A DNA stretch of 59,779 bases, taken from positions 1-59,779 of the forward strand of contig JAQWDH010000006.1 of the NCBI GenBank assembly GCA_028705565.1, in the 5' to 3' direction. Every line of letters starts with the position of its first letter. The stretch's first letter is position 1. The notes below the pieces were generated by a model. The model was not told the DNA's origin, ran no database searches, and was given only the letters and a program-made list of their open reading frames with translations. Shown in pieces: positions 47,350 through 56,624 of the stretch. The translations under genes and the position numbers were made by a program. Source of the stretch: Patescibacteria group bacterium. Lineage in GTDB: Bacteria; Patescibacteriota; Patescibacteriia; Magasanikbacterales; GWA2-37-8.

Positions 47350-48480
47350 ATGCGAAAAGAACGAAAAAATTTTTTTAAAAGTTTGGCAAAGCATCTGACC
47401 TACGAAACAGTAAAGGAAGTCAAAATAGGTAGTAGGTTTATAGGTGAGAATCACCCGGTTTTTATTATTGCCGAAGTAAGCGCAAATCATCGTGGTAAAA
47501 TTAATAATGCTTTGCGAGCGATAGAGTTTGCAGCTGAAGCTGGGGCGGATGCGATAAAATTTCAGCATTTGACTCACGATAAAATTGCCGCCGATACATT
47601 TGTTTATGATAACAACGAAGACAAGCCAATAGGAACAATGTCTGGCTTATATAAAACCGCCGAGTTGCCTTATGAGTGGACGAATACTTTAGTCGCGCAC
47701 GCTAAAAAAAATAATATTACTTTTTTATCAACCCCATTTGATAAGGGCGCAGTGGATTTACTTGATAGGGCGGGGGTGCCAGCATTTAAGATTGCTTCCT
47801 ACGAATTAACCGACGATATATTTCTTCGTTATGTTGCTAAAAAAGGTAAACCAATTATTATTTCAACCGGAATGGCTTATCTGGAAGAGGTGGCGCATGC
47901 AGTACGAATAATACAAGAGGAAGGTAATAATCAAATTATCATTTTGCATTGTATTTCAATCTACCCGCCGAAAAGTTTTAAAGATTTAAATTTGCGCGCC
48001 ATTAAAACACTGCAAGAATCTTTTCAGCTTCCAGTTGGTTATTCTGACCATTCTACGCCGCCTTATTTATCGGCGCCTATTACAGCGGTTGCTTTAGGCG
48101 CCTGTATTATTGAAAAGCATCTGACTGACAATCGCGATGGCGGTAGTAACGATGATCGTAATTCATTGACTTTTGGCGAGTTCAAGCGTATGGTAGAGGA
48201 AATTCGTCGCACCGAGCAATCTCTTTCAGAGTGCGGCATTAAGCAGCCGGTAGTTTATTCTAAACACATAGGAGATGAAATAGCTGACCGTTGGGCTCGT
48301 CGTTCGCTTTATGCTGCCAAAGATATTCCAGCAGGCGCAATTATAACTGAAAATGCGATAATAACTCTTAGGCCGTTTGGTGGCATTGATCCAAAGGACT
48401 TTCAAATTATAAAAGGAAGAAAAACACAGCGCGCAATCAATGCTCGTTCACCTATTACTTTTGATGATTTTTTTACATAA
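47350..48480 (+). CDS. NeuB-family nonulosonic acid synthase (N-acetylneuraminate/pseudaminate/legionaminate synthase type) with C-terminal SAF domain
   Basis: IGENHPVFIIAEVSANHRGKINNALRAIEFAAEAGADAIKFQ, PAFKIASYELTD, KPIIISTGMA, ILHCISIYP, VGYSDHS, IIEKHLT. The C-terminus ...LYAAKDIPAGAIITENAIITLRP... is SAF-like. Confidence 0.85.
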   Translation: MRKERKNFFKSLAKHLTYETVKEVKIGSRFIGENHPVFIIAEVSANHRGKINNALRAIEFAAEAGADAIKFQHLTHDKIAADTFVYDNNEDKPIGTMSGLYKTAELPYEWTNTLVAHAKKNNITFLSTPFDKGAVDLLDRAGVPAFKIASYELTDDIFLRYVAKKGKPIIISTGMAYLEEVAHAVRIIQEEGNNQIIILHCISIYPPKSFKDLNLRAIKTLQESFQLPVGYSDHSTPPYLSAPITAVALGACIIEKHLTDNRDGGSNDDRNSLTFGEFKRMVEEIRRTEQSLSECGIKQPVVYSKHIGDEIADRWARRSLYAAKDIPAGAIITENAIITLRPFGGIDPKDFQIIKGRKTQRAINARSPITFDDFFT

Positions 48481-48541
48481 TCATAAATTAGATGTATTTT
48501 TTATAAAATTAATTAAATTAATTTAATTTAAATAAGAAAAT

Positions 48542-49768
48542 ATGAAATATTGCAAAAAATGTGTCAATCCGGAAAATGTTTATGAAATGAATGATTTTGA
48601 TGAAAATGGGGTATGCGGTATGTGCAGAAATTGGAAGAATTATGATGAAGTTTTCGCAGCCGAACAAAAAAATAAAGAAAAAAGATTCATTGAAATTTTA
48701 GAAAGATACCGCAGCAAAGATGGCAGTAATTATGATATGATAATTCCCGTTAGCGGCGGAAAGGATAGTTTATATCAGGTTCATTTATTGAAAAAAGTGT
48801 ATGGTTTTAATCCTCTTTTGGTTACTTTTAATCATACATTTAATACAAAAACGGGCATTTACAACATGACCAATATGGTGGAAAAACTAGGCGTGGATCA
48901 TATTAGATTTACTCCTAATCCACAGCTTATCTCTAAAACTTCAAGGCTTTCCTTAAAGAAATTTGGTGATATTTGCTGGCATTGCCATTGTGGTATTTTT
49001 ACCTTTCCTTTAAGAATAGCCGTGGCTTTTAAAATTCCTTTGCTTATTTCCGAACACAAATATTATGGTTTGCTTTCCGCGGATGAAGAAAATAAATTTC
49101 AACCCAATCTTAAAGACAGATTATTTGCTGTCCGCGCCGAGGCTAAAGATATGGTTGATAAGGAATTAGGAATTGAATTAAAAGATCTCGTTCAATGGCA
49201 AATGCCTTCGCAAGAAGAAATTGATAAAGTTGGTGTCCGCGGTTTGAGTATCGCCGAATATATAAAATGGGATTCTAAGGTGATAACGGAATTTCTTATT
49301 AAAGAATATGGATTTAAAACTAAAGAACACGATAGAACTTATGATTGTTACGCCAATGCCGAATGCCATCATTGCAGCGGTACGCATGATTATTTAAGAT
49401 ATTTGAAATCAGGCTATGGCAGAGTAACCGATGATGTAGGTATAGATATAAGAAAAGGATTAATGACCAGGGAAGAAGGTATAAAAATGGTTGAAAAATT
49501 TGATGGTGTTAAGCCAAAAGATTTAGACATATATTTAAAGCGGGTAAACATGACTGAAGAAGAATTTATGAAATATATGGAAGATAAGCGCGAAGAATCC
49601 GTATGGTTCAAAGACAGCGATGGTCAGTGGCAAATTAAAGATTCAGTTTCTAGACACAAGAATGATCAAGGTGTGGAAAAAGTAATATCACCCTTGAGTA
49701 GAGTGGACAGTTATAAAAGAATCAGCAACCCGCTTGATGACGAAATAGAAAAACATATTATAATGTAA
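48542..49768 (+). CDS. N-acetyl sugar amidotransferase (PseA/WbpG/WbuX family PP-loop ATPase)
   Basis: N-terminal zinc ribbon MKYCKKCVNPEN...DENGVCGMCRNW, then PP-loop IIPVSGGKDSLYQVHLLKKVYGFNPLLVTF. This matches the family linked to acetamidino formation on amino sugars. Confidence 0.8.
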   Translation: MKYCKKCVNPENVYEMNDFDENGVCGMCRNWKNYDEVFAAEQKNKEKRFIEILERYRSKDGSNYDMIIPVSGGKDSLYQVHLLKKVYGFNPLLVTFNHTFNTKTGIYNMTNMVEKLGVDHIRFTPNPQLISKTSRLSLKKFGDICWHCHCGIFTFPLRIAVAFKIPLLISEHKYYGLLSADEENKFQPNLKDRLFAVRAEAKDMVDKELGIELKDLVQWQMPSQEEIDKVGVRGLSIAEYIKWDSKVITEFLIKEYGFKTKEHDRTYDCYANAECHHCSGTHDYLRYLKSGYGRVTDDVGIDIRKGLMTREEGIKMVEKFDGVKPKDLDIYLKRVNMTEEEFMKYMEDKREESVWFKDSDGQWQIKDSVSRHKNDQGVEKVISPLSRVDSYKRISNPLDDEIEKHIIM

Positions 49769-49785
49769 TGGAGATTGTCAAAGCG

Positions 49786-49856
49786 CGGCTTATCCGATAT
49801 TCCGTTTCCTTTTCATTTTAAATATGAGAACGAAGGAATTTTGGGTAAGCCGTTTT
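49786..49856 (+). terminator. Long imperfect hairpin followed by TTTT (candidate intrinsic terminator or RNA element)
   Basis: CGGCTTATCCGATATTCC (49786-49803) pairs with GGAATTTTGGGTAAGCCG (49835-49852) at 17 of 18 positions (15 Watson-Crick, 2 G-T, 1 mismatch) around a ~30-nt loop, and TTTT follows at 49853-49856. It sits in the largest intergenic gap of the locus (127 nt). Confidence 0.45.
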
Positions 49857-49895
49857 CAGTGTTATCAATTTTTAAAAAAATAATCATGTCAAATT

Positions 49896-50885
49896 ATGAA
49901 AGAAACTGACATTAGAGATGATAAATACGCTGAAAAAATCAAATATTACGCCACTGAAGATAAAAAAGTACTAATGAAACACGAGAAAGATTTTGTTAAA
50001 GTCTCTTGTCCGGCTTGCGGAAAATTAGACGCAAATTTTGCCTTTATAAAATTAAGAATTCAGTATTTAGAATGTAATAACTGTAGAACTATTTATGCCA
50101 GTCCGCGCCCGACACAGGAGATATTAAAAGAGTATTACCAAAAATCAAAAAATTATCAATTTTGGAATAAATACGTTTTTCCAACTTCTGAAAAAGCGCG
50201 GCGGGAAAAAATATTCAAACCTCGAGTTGATTTGTTAATAAAATATTGCAAGCTTTCTGGTATTAAATCAGGAACACTTATTGAAGTGGGGGCGGGTTTT
50301 GGGACTTTTTGCGAAGAGGTTAAAAGTAGAAATTTTTTTAAGCGAGTAATAGGAATTGAGCCAATTCCTGATTTGGCTGAAAGTTGTCGCAAAAAAGGTA
50401 TTGAAATCATTGAAAAACCAGTTGAGGAGGTGAAGTTAAAAAGTATCAAAGCTGATGTCATTGCGTCTTTTGAAACATTAGAACATCTTTTTAACCCCAG
50501 GGATTTTATCTTATCTTGCAGCAAGCTTTTAAAAAAGGGAGGATTGCTTGTTTTGTCTTGTCCAAATATGTTTGGATTTGACACTTTAGTCCTGAGGGAA
50601 ATGTCAAAAAGCGTGGGAGGGGAGCATATTAATATGTTTAATCCAGAATCAATAAAGATATTAATGCAGGATTGCGGTTTGGTAGCGCTTGATGTAAAAA
50701 CTCCGGGAAAATTAGACGCAGAACTGGTACACAAGGCCATCATAATAGATAATTTTAATATGGATGATCAATATTTTTTAAAGCATCTTTTAGTTGATCG
50801 TTGGGATGATATGGGAGATAAATTTCAGAAATTTTTATCAGACAATTTGTTATCTTCCCACATGTTCTCGGTGGCAAAAAAATAA
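49896..50885 (+). CDS. Class I SAM-dependent methyltransferase with N-terminal Cys4 zinc-ribbon
   Basis: CPACGK...x...CNNCRTIYASPRP, then motif I LIEVGAGFGTF and ...VIASFETLEHLFNPRDFI..LLKKGGLLVLSCPN.... Confidence 0.75.
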   Translation: MKETDIRDDKYAEKIKYYATEDKKVLMKHEKDFVKVSCPACGKLDANFAFIKLRIQYLECNNCRTIYASPRPTQEILKEYYQKSKNYQFWNKYVFPTSEKARREKIFKPRVDLLIKYCKLSGIKSGTLIEVGAGFGTFCEEVKSRNFFKRVIGIEPIPDLAESCRKKGIEIIEKPVEEVKLKSIKADVIASFETLEHLFNPRDFILSCSKLLKKGGLLVLSCPNMFGFDTLVLREMSKSVGGEHINMFNPESIKILMQDCGLVALDVKTPGKLDAELVHKAIIIDNFNMDDQYFLKHLLVDRWDDMGDKFQKFLSDNLLSSHMFSVAKK

Positions 50886-50888
50886 ATT

Positions 50889-51818
50889 ATGATTAAATTA
50901 TTATTTTTAGGGTGTAATTTTGACCAACTGCCATATTTAAAAATTGCTAAACAGAAGGGCTATTATATTGTTGGCACAGATTTAAACAACCATGCCCCTG
51001 GAATTAAATATTTAGATAAATACTATCGGGTTGGTTATGAAGACGCGAAAGGGTTGGTTGATTTTGGCAAAAAAGAAAAATTTTCATATGCTGATAAAGT
51101 TTTTACAGCTTCCAGCCAGTTTGCTTACATCGGAGCCAGCGCTTTCGCAAAAAAATTTGGAATTAAATTTATCAGCCCAAAGACAGTTGATTATTGTTTA
51201 AACAAGATTAAACTTTATCAATTATTTAAAAAGCAAAACTTGCAAGTTCCGGAATGGGCAATAGTTAAGAGGCAAAAAGAGCTGAAAAAATATGTTAAAA
51301 AGTGGGGTGTTTGTTATCTTAAATCTGATTATGGCAAGTCTCCACATTACTGTTATAGAATTGCAGGCGGTCATTTTCCCACATTGCCCTTAAAACGCGA
51401 TCGTTATTTTAGAAAATATTTTATTATTCAAAAAGAAATTATAGGTAATCAGTTCAGAATTAATTGGATAAACGGACAATTGATTTGTTTTTTTAAAGTT
51501 TCCGATACCATATCCGTGCCCGCTCATTTTATCGATTTTGGCGATAGAATATGTAAAAACATTAGAAGTTTAATTTTTAAATTAGGCTTACAGAATCATT
51601 TGGTTAAATTTGATATTATTTATAATAAGCAAGGGTGTTATTTTATAGACATTGGTTTAGAACCGCCGATGAGACTAAAATTATATTTGGAATATTTAGG
51701 TTATAATTTTGAAAAAATATATTTGGAACAAGTTGTAGAAAATTTTTACAATTTTCCACTGTCGGATAATCTTCCAAATGATTTAATAATAAAGAATAAA
51801 ATTGTTAAAAAATTATAA
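50889..51818 (+). CDS. ATP-grasp domain protein (putative carboxylate-amine ligase)
   Basis: Pre-ATP-grasp Rossmann-like N-terminus (IKLLFLGCNFDQLPYLKIAKQKGYYIVGTD), and central ...WGVCYLKSDYGKSP... and ...FIIQKEIIGNQFRINW... strands typical of ATP-grasp. Confidence 0.55.
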   Translation: MIKLLFLGCNFDQLPYLKIAKQKGYYIVGTDLNNHAPGIKYLDKYYRVGYEDAKGLVDFGKKEKFSYADKVFTASSQFAYIGASAFAKKFGIKFISPKTVDYCLNKIKLYQLFKKQNLQVPEWAIVKRQKELKKYVKKWGVCYLKSDYGKSPHYCYRIAGGHFPTLPLKRDRYFRKYFIIQKEIIGNQFRINWINGQLICFFKVSDTISVPAHFIDFGDRICKNIRSLIFKLGLQNHLVKFDIIYNKQGCYFIDIGLEPPMRLKLYLEYLGYNFEKIYLEQVVENFYNFPLSDNLPNDLIIKNKIVKKL

Positions 51819-51829
51819 AAAATTTTAGA

Positions 51830-52876
51830 ATGAATTTAATTATTATAAATTCTGGTCAAAAATTTTTTTTGAAGAATTGTCTAAACAGTTTAATAAATAC
51901 CACTAACTTGGTAAATTTTGATATTCATGTAATAAAAGAAAGAGAATACAGAGAAGTAACTTTTAATACCATTTTAGAAGGATATACTAGTCAAGATATT
52001 TTAATTTTCGGTGATGATATTGTTTTTACAAAAGGTTGGTTTGAATTTTTGATGGCAAATAAAAAAAATGGTGACATTATTGGTTTTTCCATGCTTTATC
52101 CAGGGACGGATAAAGTTCAAGATACTGGTTATGATTTAGTAAAAATTGATAACGAAATTATTTTAAAACCTAAAAACAGGGGAAAAAAGAAAGAAAAAAT
52201 AAAAAAGTTTAATTTTAGAGAATGCGATTCTTCAAGCGGCTGCGCATTGTTTATAAAAAAGAATGTGGCAGAAAAGATTCGTTCCATGCCAGTTAACGGT
52301 ATGAACCGCTGGGGAGAGTTTTTATACATGAATGAAGCTAAAAAGAAAGGATTTAAGGTCATAGTTCTTGGCCATTATTTATACCATCATGGTAAGAGTA
52401 CTAAAATTAACCCGAATAAATTATTGAGCTCGGAAAGTTATATGTTGGAACAAAAAATGTGGAGGAAAATTGTAAAACAATATATTAACAAAGAACAAAT
52501 CAAAATTCAATTAAAGAAAGTTTTGTCAAAAAAAATCAGGAGCATACTATTATCAAAAAAGAAAATTTTATTTTATGGAGCAGGCACAGTATCGGAATTT
52601 ATTTTAAAAGAATTAAAAAGCGAGTTAGATTTAAGGTTTGTTGATATTTGTTCCGGGTTGTCTGAAGAAAAAGAAAAGATTTTTTGCGGAAAAAAAATCA
52701 GTTTCTATAAAAATGTTGATTTTGGCAATTATGATATAGTAATAGTTAGCGTTTTACAAAAAGAAAAAGTAATTTTTGATTTAATCAAAAATTTTATTGA
52801 TAAAAAAAAGTTATATTATGTGGCTCAAGAAACAATAGGTTGTTTAATAAAATTTGGAATAAAACAATATGCATAA
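51830..52876 (+). CDS. Hypothetical protein, weak GT2-like N-terminal domain plus C-terminal Rossmann-like segment
   Basis: MNLIIINSGQKFFLKNCLNSLINTT..., ...ILIFGDDIVFTKGWF... (DXD-like) and ...GCALFIKKNV.... The C-terminus reads ...KKILFYGAGTVSEFILKEL.... Assignment is tentative. Confidence 0.35.
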   Translation: MNLIIINSGQKFFLKNCLNSLINTTNLVNFDIHVIKEREYREVTFNTILEGYTSQDILIFGDDIVFTKGWFEFLMANKKNGDIIGFSMLYPGTDKVQDTGYDLVKIDNEIILKPKNRGKKKEKIKKFNFRECDSSSGCALFIKKNVAEKIRSMPVNGMNRWGEFLYMNEAKKKGFKVIVLGHYLYHHGKSTKINPNKLLSSESYMLEQKMWRKIVKQYINKEQIKIQLKKVLSKKIRSILLSKKKILFYGAGTVSEFILKELKSELDLRFVDICSGLSEEKEKIFCGKKISFYKNVDFGNYDIVIVSVLQKEKVIFDLIKNFIDKKKLYYVAQETIGCLIKFGIKQYA

Positions 52877-53846
52877 TTATGTTATTGTTGTTGGCGGCGG
52901 AAAAGACAGCGTTTTTGTTATAGATAAAATTCATAGAATGGGGTTAAAAGCGATTGTTGTTGATAAAAACCCAGTCGTTCCTGGTATGATTTGCGCTGAT
53001 GAAAAAATTGTTTCCAGCACTTATGAAAGCGAACCAATCATAAAAAAACTGAAAAAGTTCATAGCAAGCGGAAAAAAGATAGTTGCCATAGTAACAAGGT
53101 CGTCTGGAATCCCGGTTATAACTACAGCAAAGATAGCCGACGCTTTGAATTTGTTCGGTGCCGGTGAAGACGCCGCAAGAGTACTCACATATAAAAATTT
53201 ATTTACTGATTTATGTTATGATAACGGTATACCCACCGCCAGAATTAAAATGTCAGATTTTAAAAAAAGAAATAAATATCTAACACGTTATTTTCCTTGC
53301 GTGATAAAGCCTGCGTTGGGATTAGCTGGAAAAGTTGACGTTAGGATGATAACAAAAGATTTAAAAATTGGTTCAGTTATAACTGCTGTCAAAAAAAAAT
53401 CTCTAAACGGGAAGATTTTGATAGAAAGATATATCCCAGGCATAGATATAAGTTTATTTTCAGTTGTGTTTAATGGTGTCTTATGCCCATGCTTTTTTTT
53501 GAGAGAGCTAAACAAGTTTGACAAAGAAGGAAAAATTAAATTTAAAGGTTTTTGTTTTTGTAGTAAGTTAAAGAATATTGAAAAGAAAAGGATGATTAAA
53601 ATAGCGCAAAAAGTTGTCAAAGTAGCCGATGTTGGATTCAGTCCGTTTCTTATATCTTTTAGATTAACTAAAGAAGGGCTGGCGGTTCCGATTGAAGTTA
53701 ATCTAGATTTTGGAGGAGAAAATGTTTTAGAAGAGTTGATTTTTTCGAGAATTGATTTTGATTTTATTGAATGTTATTTAGAATCCATAATCCATAAAGC
53801 CAAGCCTGATATTCCTAAAATTTTTTATAAAAATTTTAGGAATTAA
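52869..53846 (+). CDS. ATP-grasp domain protein
   Basis: VIVVGGGKDSVFVIDKIHRMGLKAIVVDKNP (pre-ATP-grasp), ...FPCVIKPALGLAGKVDVRMI..., ...ILIERYIPGIDISLFSV.... 8-nt overlap with the upstream gene. Confidence 0.55.
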   Translation: MHNYVIVVGGGKDSVFVIDKIHRMGLKAIVVDKNPVVPGMICADEKIVSSTYESEPIIKKLKKFIASGKKIVAIVTRSSGIPVITTAKIADALNLFGAGEDAARVLTYKNLFTDLCYDNGIPTARIKMSDFKKRNKYLTRYFPCVIKPALGLAGKVDVRMITKDLKIGSVITAVKKKSLNGKILIERYIPGIDISLFSVVFNGVLCPCFFLRELNKFDKEGKIKFKGFCFCSKLKNIEKKRMIKIAQKVVKVADVGFSPFLISFRLTKEGLAVPIEVNLDFGGENVLEELIFSRIDFDFIECYLESIIHKAKPDIPKIFYKNFRN

Positions 53847-53859
53847 GAATAAAAATATT

Positions 53860-54789
53860 ATGAAAAAAGAATCTTTAAATACAATAAAAAAAATATATGA
53901 AAGAGGTGAAAATATAATCCGTTACCTCAAAGACAATGAAATTAAAAAAAATAATTCAGACGAGATGATAATGATTAGTTATGATTTCCAAAGCGGAAGC
54001 TATGTAAAAGATGTAAAAGAAAATTTTGAATTTAATGAAAAATATACCAGAGCTATTTCAAAAGTGATTAATAATATAGGCGTAGAGTACGACTCTATAC
54101 TTGAGGCCGGAGTTGGTGAAGCAACAACTTTGGCAAATTTAATCCCAAAATTAGCAACTAAACCTAAAAATGTGTATGGTTTTGATTTGGCTTGGTCCAG
54201 AATTAGGTTTGCAAAAGAATATATAGAAGAAAAAAAAATTTTGGGTTCGCATATTTTTGTTGGTAATCTTTTTAATATCCCATTAGCCGATAGCTCAATT
54301 GATGTTGTTTACACATCGCATTCCATAGAACCTAATGGCGGTAGAGAAAAAGAAGCCCTGCTAGAATTATTTAGAGTCTCAAAAAAATATTTAGTACTGA
54401 TAGAACCTGCGTATGAATTCGCAAGTATGGAAGCGCAGAAAAGAATGGAAAGGCACGGTTATATAAAGAATCTGTATTCCACGGCCGTTTCCATCGGATT
54501 AAATATAGTAGAGCATAGTTTATTTGACGTATGTTCAAACCATCTTAACCCAACAGGAATTTTGATAATTAAAAAAGAGTTTAATGATAATAGGATTGTT
54601 TCAAATCCGTTTATTTGTCCAGTTACAAAAACCACCTTGGAATTAATAAAAAATTCATATTTTACAAAAGATGGTTTATTAGTGTATCCAATTATTGACG
54701 GAGTCCCCATCTTGCTAAAAGAGCACGCTGTCGTCGCTACACATTTTACAGATGATTTTAAAATTATTAATAGAGATAACGATTGTTAA
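53860..54789 (+). CDS. Class I SAM-dependent methyltransferase with C-terminal Trm112-like zinc-ribbon-type tail
   Basis: Motif I ILEAGVGEATTL, and ...IDVVYTSHSIEPNGG.... The C-terminal ...FICPVTKTTLELIKNSYFTKDGLLVYPIIDGVPILLKE resembles the Trm112/UPF0434 fold. Confidence 0.7.
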   Translation: MKKESLNTIKKIYERGENIIRYLKDNEIKKNNSDEMIMISYDFQSGSYVKDVKENFEFNEKYTRAISKVINNIGVEYDSILEAGVGEATTLANLIPKLATKPKNVYGFDLAWSRIRFAKEYIEEKKILGSHIFVGNLFNIPLADSSIDVVYTSHSIEPNGGREKEALLELFRVSKKYLVLIEPAYEFASMEAQKRMERHGYIKNLYSTAVSIGLNIVEHSLFDVCSNHLNPTGILIIKKEFNDNRIVSNPFICPVTKTTLELIKNSYFTKDGLLVYPIIDGVPILLKEHAVVATHFTDDFKIINRDNDC

Positions 54790-54857
54790 AACATACTAAA
54801 TAAATATCAAGATTAATAAAATTTTTTATAAGGACAATAACTAATAATTTAAAAAAT

Positions 54858-56591
54858 ATGAATCACAAATCAAAAAAATCTTTACCTTTACATAAAAAAA
54901 TGAAGCTTACAGATTATATTGTAGAATTTTTAGCAACACACGGCGTAGAATGCATGTTTGTTTTTACAGGAGGCGCAATAGCGCACTTTTTAGATTCTGT
55001 ATTTACTCGCAATCTTCAACATGGCGACATAAAACCTGTTTGCGTAATGCATGAACAGGCTGGGTCAATGGCGCTTGATGGTTATACGCGCGCCACGGGA
55101 AAAATTGGCGCTATGGCTGTTACCAGCGGTCCAGGCGCTACTAATTTATTAACAGGTATCGCTTGTTCTTATTATGACTCAATTCCGGGAATATATTTTA
55201 CAGGGCAGGTTAGAACTTGGGAACTCTGCCAAAGTAAACAGCGGCAGATTGGTTTTCAGGAAACAGATATTGTAAGTATCGCCAAACCCATAACTAAATA
55301 CGCAGTTACAATTACTGACCCGGCTACTGTTCGTTATGAGATAGAGAAAGCCTTATTTTTAGCCCAATCAGGCCGCCCCGGTCCGGTTTTAATTGATTTG
55401 CCGATGAATATACAATGGGCTGAAATAGATCCAAGCAAATTAAAATCTTATAAACCAGAACAAAAACCGCCGGAGAGCCACGAAAGAATTAACAAAAAGA
55501 TAGATCTTTTGGTTAAATGGCTTCAGCAATCTAAACGGCCAATAATTATTGGCGGTGGCGGAGTACGGAATGCCGGAGCAACCAATGAACTGCTTAATTT
55601 AGCTAGATTAAGCCGCATACCGGTGGCTGTAACTTTTAATGGAGTTGATACTATTGTTCATGATAATCCTCTTTATTCCGGAGTGATAGGCACCATGGGA
55701 AATCGCGGAACAAATACTTCTATCAAAGAAAGCGATTTAGTTTTGGCGATTGGCACCCGCTTATCTTTGCGTCAGGTAAAGTCAAAACCAAAAGAATTTG
55801 TTTCTCAAGGAAAATTAATTCATGTTGATATTGATCCTAATGAATTGAATCAACTCGTACCGACTGATTTATCTTTTGCTTGCGATGCTAAAGAATTTTT
55901 AATTCTTTTGATAAATAGAATCAAAAAGGCAGGCTGTCCAAAGTTTTCGAATTGGGCAAAACAAACACGAAAAAATTTTGAAGATAATCCTTTTTGCAAG
56001 CCAGAGTACTATTCGCAGAAAAAAGGCGTAAACCCATATGTTTTTATGAATACTATTTCCGAGCAGATGGACGATGATGATATTTTAATTGCCGATGCCG
56101 GTCAAAATGTTATGTGGGCTATGCAAGCGGTTGAGGTTAGGGCAAAACAGAGGCTTTTTACTGCCGGAGCGCATTCCCCAATGGGTTATTCGCTTCCCGC
56201 AGCAATTGGAGTGGCGGCGTATTGCAAGGATTCTCGCCATGTTATTTGTACGATAGGCGATGGCGGTGTTCAATTAAATATTCAGGAGTTGCAAACAATT
56301 TTTTCATATAAATTGCCGGTAAAAATTTTTGTGATGAATAATCATTCTTACGGCGCGATTGTAGATTTTCAGGATGCTAATCTTGGGAAGCGCCATTTTG
56401 CCTCTTCTACAAAATATGGTTATACGATTCCGGACTTGTTGGCTATCGCTCGCGCTTATAAAATTCCGGCGATGGAAATTAATTCACAGCGCGGATTGGC
56501 AAAAAAAATAAAATCGGTTCTTAACAGTAAAGGGCCAATTTTTTGCAATGTAGACATGGGGTCGCGAACATATGTTACGTTGGATGTTTAA
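54858..56591 (+). CDS. Thiamine diphosphate-dependent enzyme, acetolactate synthase large subunit-like (possible YerE-type sugar branching enzyme)
   Basis: LTDYIVEFLATHGVECMFVFTGGA, HEQAGSMALDGYTRATGK.GAMAVTSGPGATNLLTGIA (Pyr domain), and IGDGGVQLNIQELQT...MNN (ThDP GDG-X-NN motif). Confidence 0.85.
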   Translation: MNHKSKKSLPLHKKMKLTDYIVEFLATHGVECMFVFTGGAIAHFLDSVFTRNLQHGDIKPVCVMHEQAGSMALDGYTRATGKIGAMAVTSGPGATNLLTGIACSYYDSIPGIYFTGQVRTWELCQSKQRQIGFQETDIVSIAKPITKYAVTITDPATVRYEIEKALFLAQSGRPGPVLIDLPMNIQWAEIDPSKLKSYKPEQKPPESHERINKKIDLLVKWLQQSKRPIIIGGGGVRNAGATNELLNLARLSRIPVAVTFNGVDTIVHDNPLYSGVIGTMGNRGTNTSIKESDLVLAIGTRLSLRQVKSKPKEFVSQGKLIHVDIDPNELNQLVPTDLSFACDAKEFLILLINRIKKAGCPKFSNWAKQTRKNFEDNPFCKPEYYSQKKGVNPYVFMNTISEQMDDDDILIADAGQNVMWAMQAVEVRAKQRLFTAGAHSPMGYSLPAAIGVAAYCKDSRHVICTIGDGGVQLNIQELQTIFSYKLPVKIFVMNNHSYGAIVDFQDANLGKRHFASSTKYGYTIPDLLAIARAYKIPAMEINSQRGLAKKIKSVLNSKGPIFCNVDMGSRTYVTLDV

Positions 56592-56624
56592 AGAATTGTT
56601 TAAAAGTTTTTTAGAAAAGTATAT

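Noticed and set aside
48481-48541. AT-rich quasi-palindromic spacer (ttaattaaattaatttaatttaaat), considered as an operator or promoter.
   Set aside because: It is pure A/T low-complexity sequence, where such self-complementarity arises by chance. There is no convincing -35/-10 pair.
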